A DNA stretch of 887 nt, from the sequence record AB841366.1, one strand, 5' to 3'. Positions 1 to 887 of the stretch are shown piece after piece. Positions within the stretch are counted from its first letter, which is position 1. Each line of letters starts with the position of its first letter. A model generated the notes under the pieces. It searched no databases, had not been told where the DNA came from, and saw nothing but the letters and a program-made list of their open reading frames with translations. The position numbers and the translations under genes were made by a program. This stretch comes from a phage.

Positions 1-2
1 AG

Positions 3-122
3 CTTGAGCTATTCAAAATTCACTTCCAGTCAGGCGGCGCTAATTCAGATATCACGATCCGCACATTTGAAGCGGTGCGTAAATCGAAGGAAGCGTTAGA
101 CCTGTTCACCACCGGAGCATAA
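3..122 (+). CDS. 3' end of an upstream ORF (5'-partial, product unknown); reads ...LELFKIHFQSGGANSDITIRTFEAVRKSKEALDLFTTGA*
   Basis: Frame 3 is open from the window edge to TAA at 120..122, while the other two + frames hit stops at 5..7 and 97..99. Same orientation and tight spacing with the downstream terminase genes. I do not recognise the product. A minus-strand frame is also open across this region, so coding status is uncertain. Confidence 0.3.
   Translation, partial: LELFKIHFQSGGANSDITIRTFEAVRKSKEALDLFTTGA
113..116 (+). promoter_or_regulatory. Shine-Dalgarno-like GGAG, 8 nt upstream of ATG 125
   Basis: GGAG at 113..116, spacer 117..124, ATG at 125..127. Seen directly in the sequence. 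Confidence 0.3.
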
Positions 123-124
123 AC

Positions 125-196
125 ATGGCAACTCAAGGTTTCGACAACCCATCCAAATTCCGCGATGAATGGGATAAGCAAGCAGAAGGGAAATAA
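125..196 (+). CDS. Tiny hypothetical ORF, 23 aa (MATQGFDNPSKFRDEWDKQAEGK)
   Basis: ATG 125..127 preceded by GGAG at optimal spacing; TAA at 194..196, 5 nt before the small terminase start. It starts 2 nt after the upstream ORF stop. Too short to judge by composition and absent from the ORF track; could be a real small phage protein or a chance ORF. Confidence 0.25.
   Translation: MATQGFDNPSKFRDEWDKQAEGK
185..190 (+). promoter_or_regulatory. Purine-rich Shine-Dalgarno-like element (GAAGGG) for the small terminase gene
   Basis: GAAGGG at 185..190 lies 11 nt upstream of ATG 202, a slightly long spacer. ATG 202 is the first ATG after the in-frame stop TAA at 175..177. Confidence 0.3.
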
Positions 197-201
197 TCAA
201 T

Positions 202-627
202 ATGGCGACTGAGAAAAAGAATGTCGGTCGCCCTTCGGATTACCTGCCGGAGGTGGCTGATGATATCTGTGCGCTGCTTGCCTCCGGGGAAAGTCTGGTT
301 AAGGTTTGCAAGCGCCCCGGCATGCCAGCAAAGGCTACTGTATTTCGCTGGCTGTCAGAGCATGACGACTTTAGAGACAAGTACGCGAAGGCAACTGAGG
401 CGCGAGCTGATTCTATTTTCGAAGAGATATTCGAAATTGCTGACACTGCGATTCCAGATGCTGCTGAGGTGGCAAAGGCAAGACTTCGCGTTGATACCCG
501 CAAATGGGCGCTGGCCCGAATGAATCCCCGTAAGTATGGCGACAAGGTAACTAACGAGCTTGTCGGCAAAGACGGCGGCGCAATCCAGATTGAAACATCA
601 CCGATGAGCACTCTATTCGGAAAATGA
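202..627 (+). CDS. terS: Phage terminase small subunit (DNA-recognition subunit of the packaging motor), 141 aa, complete
   Basis: Complete ORF from ATG 202 to TGA 625..627. N-terminal region (GRPSDY...[30 protein letters not shown]...FRDKYAKA) matches my recollection of the helix-turn-helix DNA-binding domain of small terminases, and [24 protein letters not shown] resembles their conserved oligomerisation core. Sits immediately upstream of, and overlaps, a large terminase gene. As I recall it, very similar to Sf6 gp1. terS is a generic functional symbol, not a locus-specific name. Confidence 0.9.
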   Translation: MATEKKNVGRPSDYLPEVADDICALLASGESLVKVCKRPGMPAKATVFRWLSEHDDFRDKYAKATEARADSIFEEIFEIADTAIPDAAEVAKARLRVDTRKWALARMNPRKYGDKVTNELVGKDGGAIQIETSPMSTLFGK

Positions 628-887
628 CCTCGATTAATCCTATCTTTGAACCGTTCATTGAGGCGCATCGCTACAAAGTCGCCAAAGGCGGTCGAGGTAG
701 CGGTAAATCATGGGCAATTGCGAGGCTGCTTGTTGAGGCGGCGCGTCNGCAGCCTGTGCGTATTCTCTGCGCTCGTGAACTGCAAAACAGTATCAGCGAT
801 TNNTAATCCNNGCTGCTTGAAGATACCATCNAGCGTGAAGGGTATTCNNCTGANTTGAAATTCNNCGNTNAATGATTCNNCATCTCG
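624..887 (+). CDS. terL: Phage terminase large subunit (packaging ATPase/nuclease), N-terminal portion, 3'-partial; apparent stop at 804..806 is probably a sequencing artifact
   Basis: ATG at 624..626 overlaps the terS stop (ATGA) and is the only ATG between the upstream in-frame stop (591..593) and the Walker A motif. Translation [36 protein letters not shown] contains the P-loop KGGRGSGKS (684..710), typical of PBSX/Terminase_3-type large terminases; as I recall it, close to Sf6 gp2. Large terminases are several hundred aa, so the gene must extend past the window. The same frame after 806 reads S-X-LLEDTI-X-REGYS (807..848). The exact 3' path is unreliable because of Ns and likely indels. 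Confidence 0.85.

Noticed and set aside
19-53. Possible sigma70-like promoter (TTCACT ... TAATTC) upstream of the tiny ORF
   Set aside because: Poor match to both the -35 and -10 consensus, and it lies inside a probable coding region. Late phage operons are usually driven from a distant late promoter.
2-199. Minus-strand reading frame free of stops across the first ~200 bp
   Set aside because: It has no in-frame ATG in the window and runs antisense to a compact co-oriented + strand gene series. It cannot be fully excluded as the end of a convergent gene but is less parsimonious.
418-435. Two TTCGAA palindromes 12 bp apart
   Set aside because: Explained by the coding sequence: they encode the repeated peptide F-E-E-I-F-E-I in the small terminase. 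No evidence of a DNA-level regulatory role.
221-523. ORF-track + strand ORF of 100 aa in an alternative frame
   Set aside because: Lies entirely inside the small terminase gene in a different frame. Its translation is low-complexity and Arg/Leu/Ser-rich, as expected for an off-frame read of a real gene.
591-627. Looked for a terminator or intergenic regulatory region between the two terminase genes
   Set aside because: There is no intergenic space; the genes overlap by 4 nt and no stable GC-rich hairpin followed by a T-tract is evident.
240-668. ORF-track - strand ORF of 142 aa
   Set aside because: Antisense shadow of the small terminase gene with a Ser/Ala/Arg-rich translation; no recognisable motifs, and it conflicts with the strongly supported + strand genes.
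646-858. ORF-track + strand ORF of 70 aa
   Set aside because: Out of frame with the Walker A-containing large terminase reading frame and running through the N-rich low-quality region; translation is full of X residues.
671-883. ORF-track - strand ORF of 70 aa
   Set aside because: Antisense to the large terminase N-terminus and almost entirely within the ambiguous-base region, including its start codon; an artifact of Ns removing stop codons.

Overview
This 887-bp window is the start of a tailed-phage (or prophage) DNA-packaging module on the + strand, with no sign of a novel system. It holds the 3' end of an unidentified upstream ORF (3..122), a tiny 23-codon ORF with a good Shine-Dalgarno (125..196), a complete small terminase subunit gene (202..627, 141 aa), and the 5' end of a large terminase subunit gene (from 624) carrying a Walker A P-loop. 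The two terminase genes overlap by ATGA, which suggests translational coupling. From memory, both proteins closely resemble the gp1/gp2 terminase pair of Shigella phage Sf6 and related enterobacterial prophages; this needs a database search to confirm. The sequence looks like a single-pass read of a cloned fragment: it begins with a HindIII half-site and has 15 ambiguous bases between 748 and 880. The apparent stop at 804..806 in the large terminase is therefore most likely a base-calling artifact, since the same frame keeps encoding protein-like sequence beyond it.
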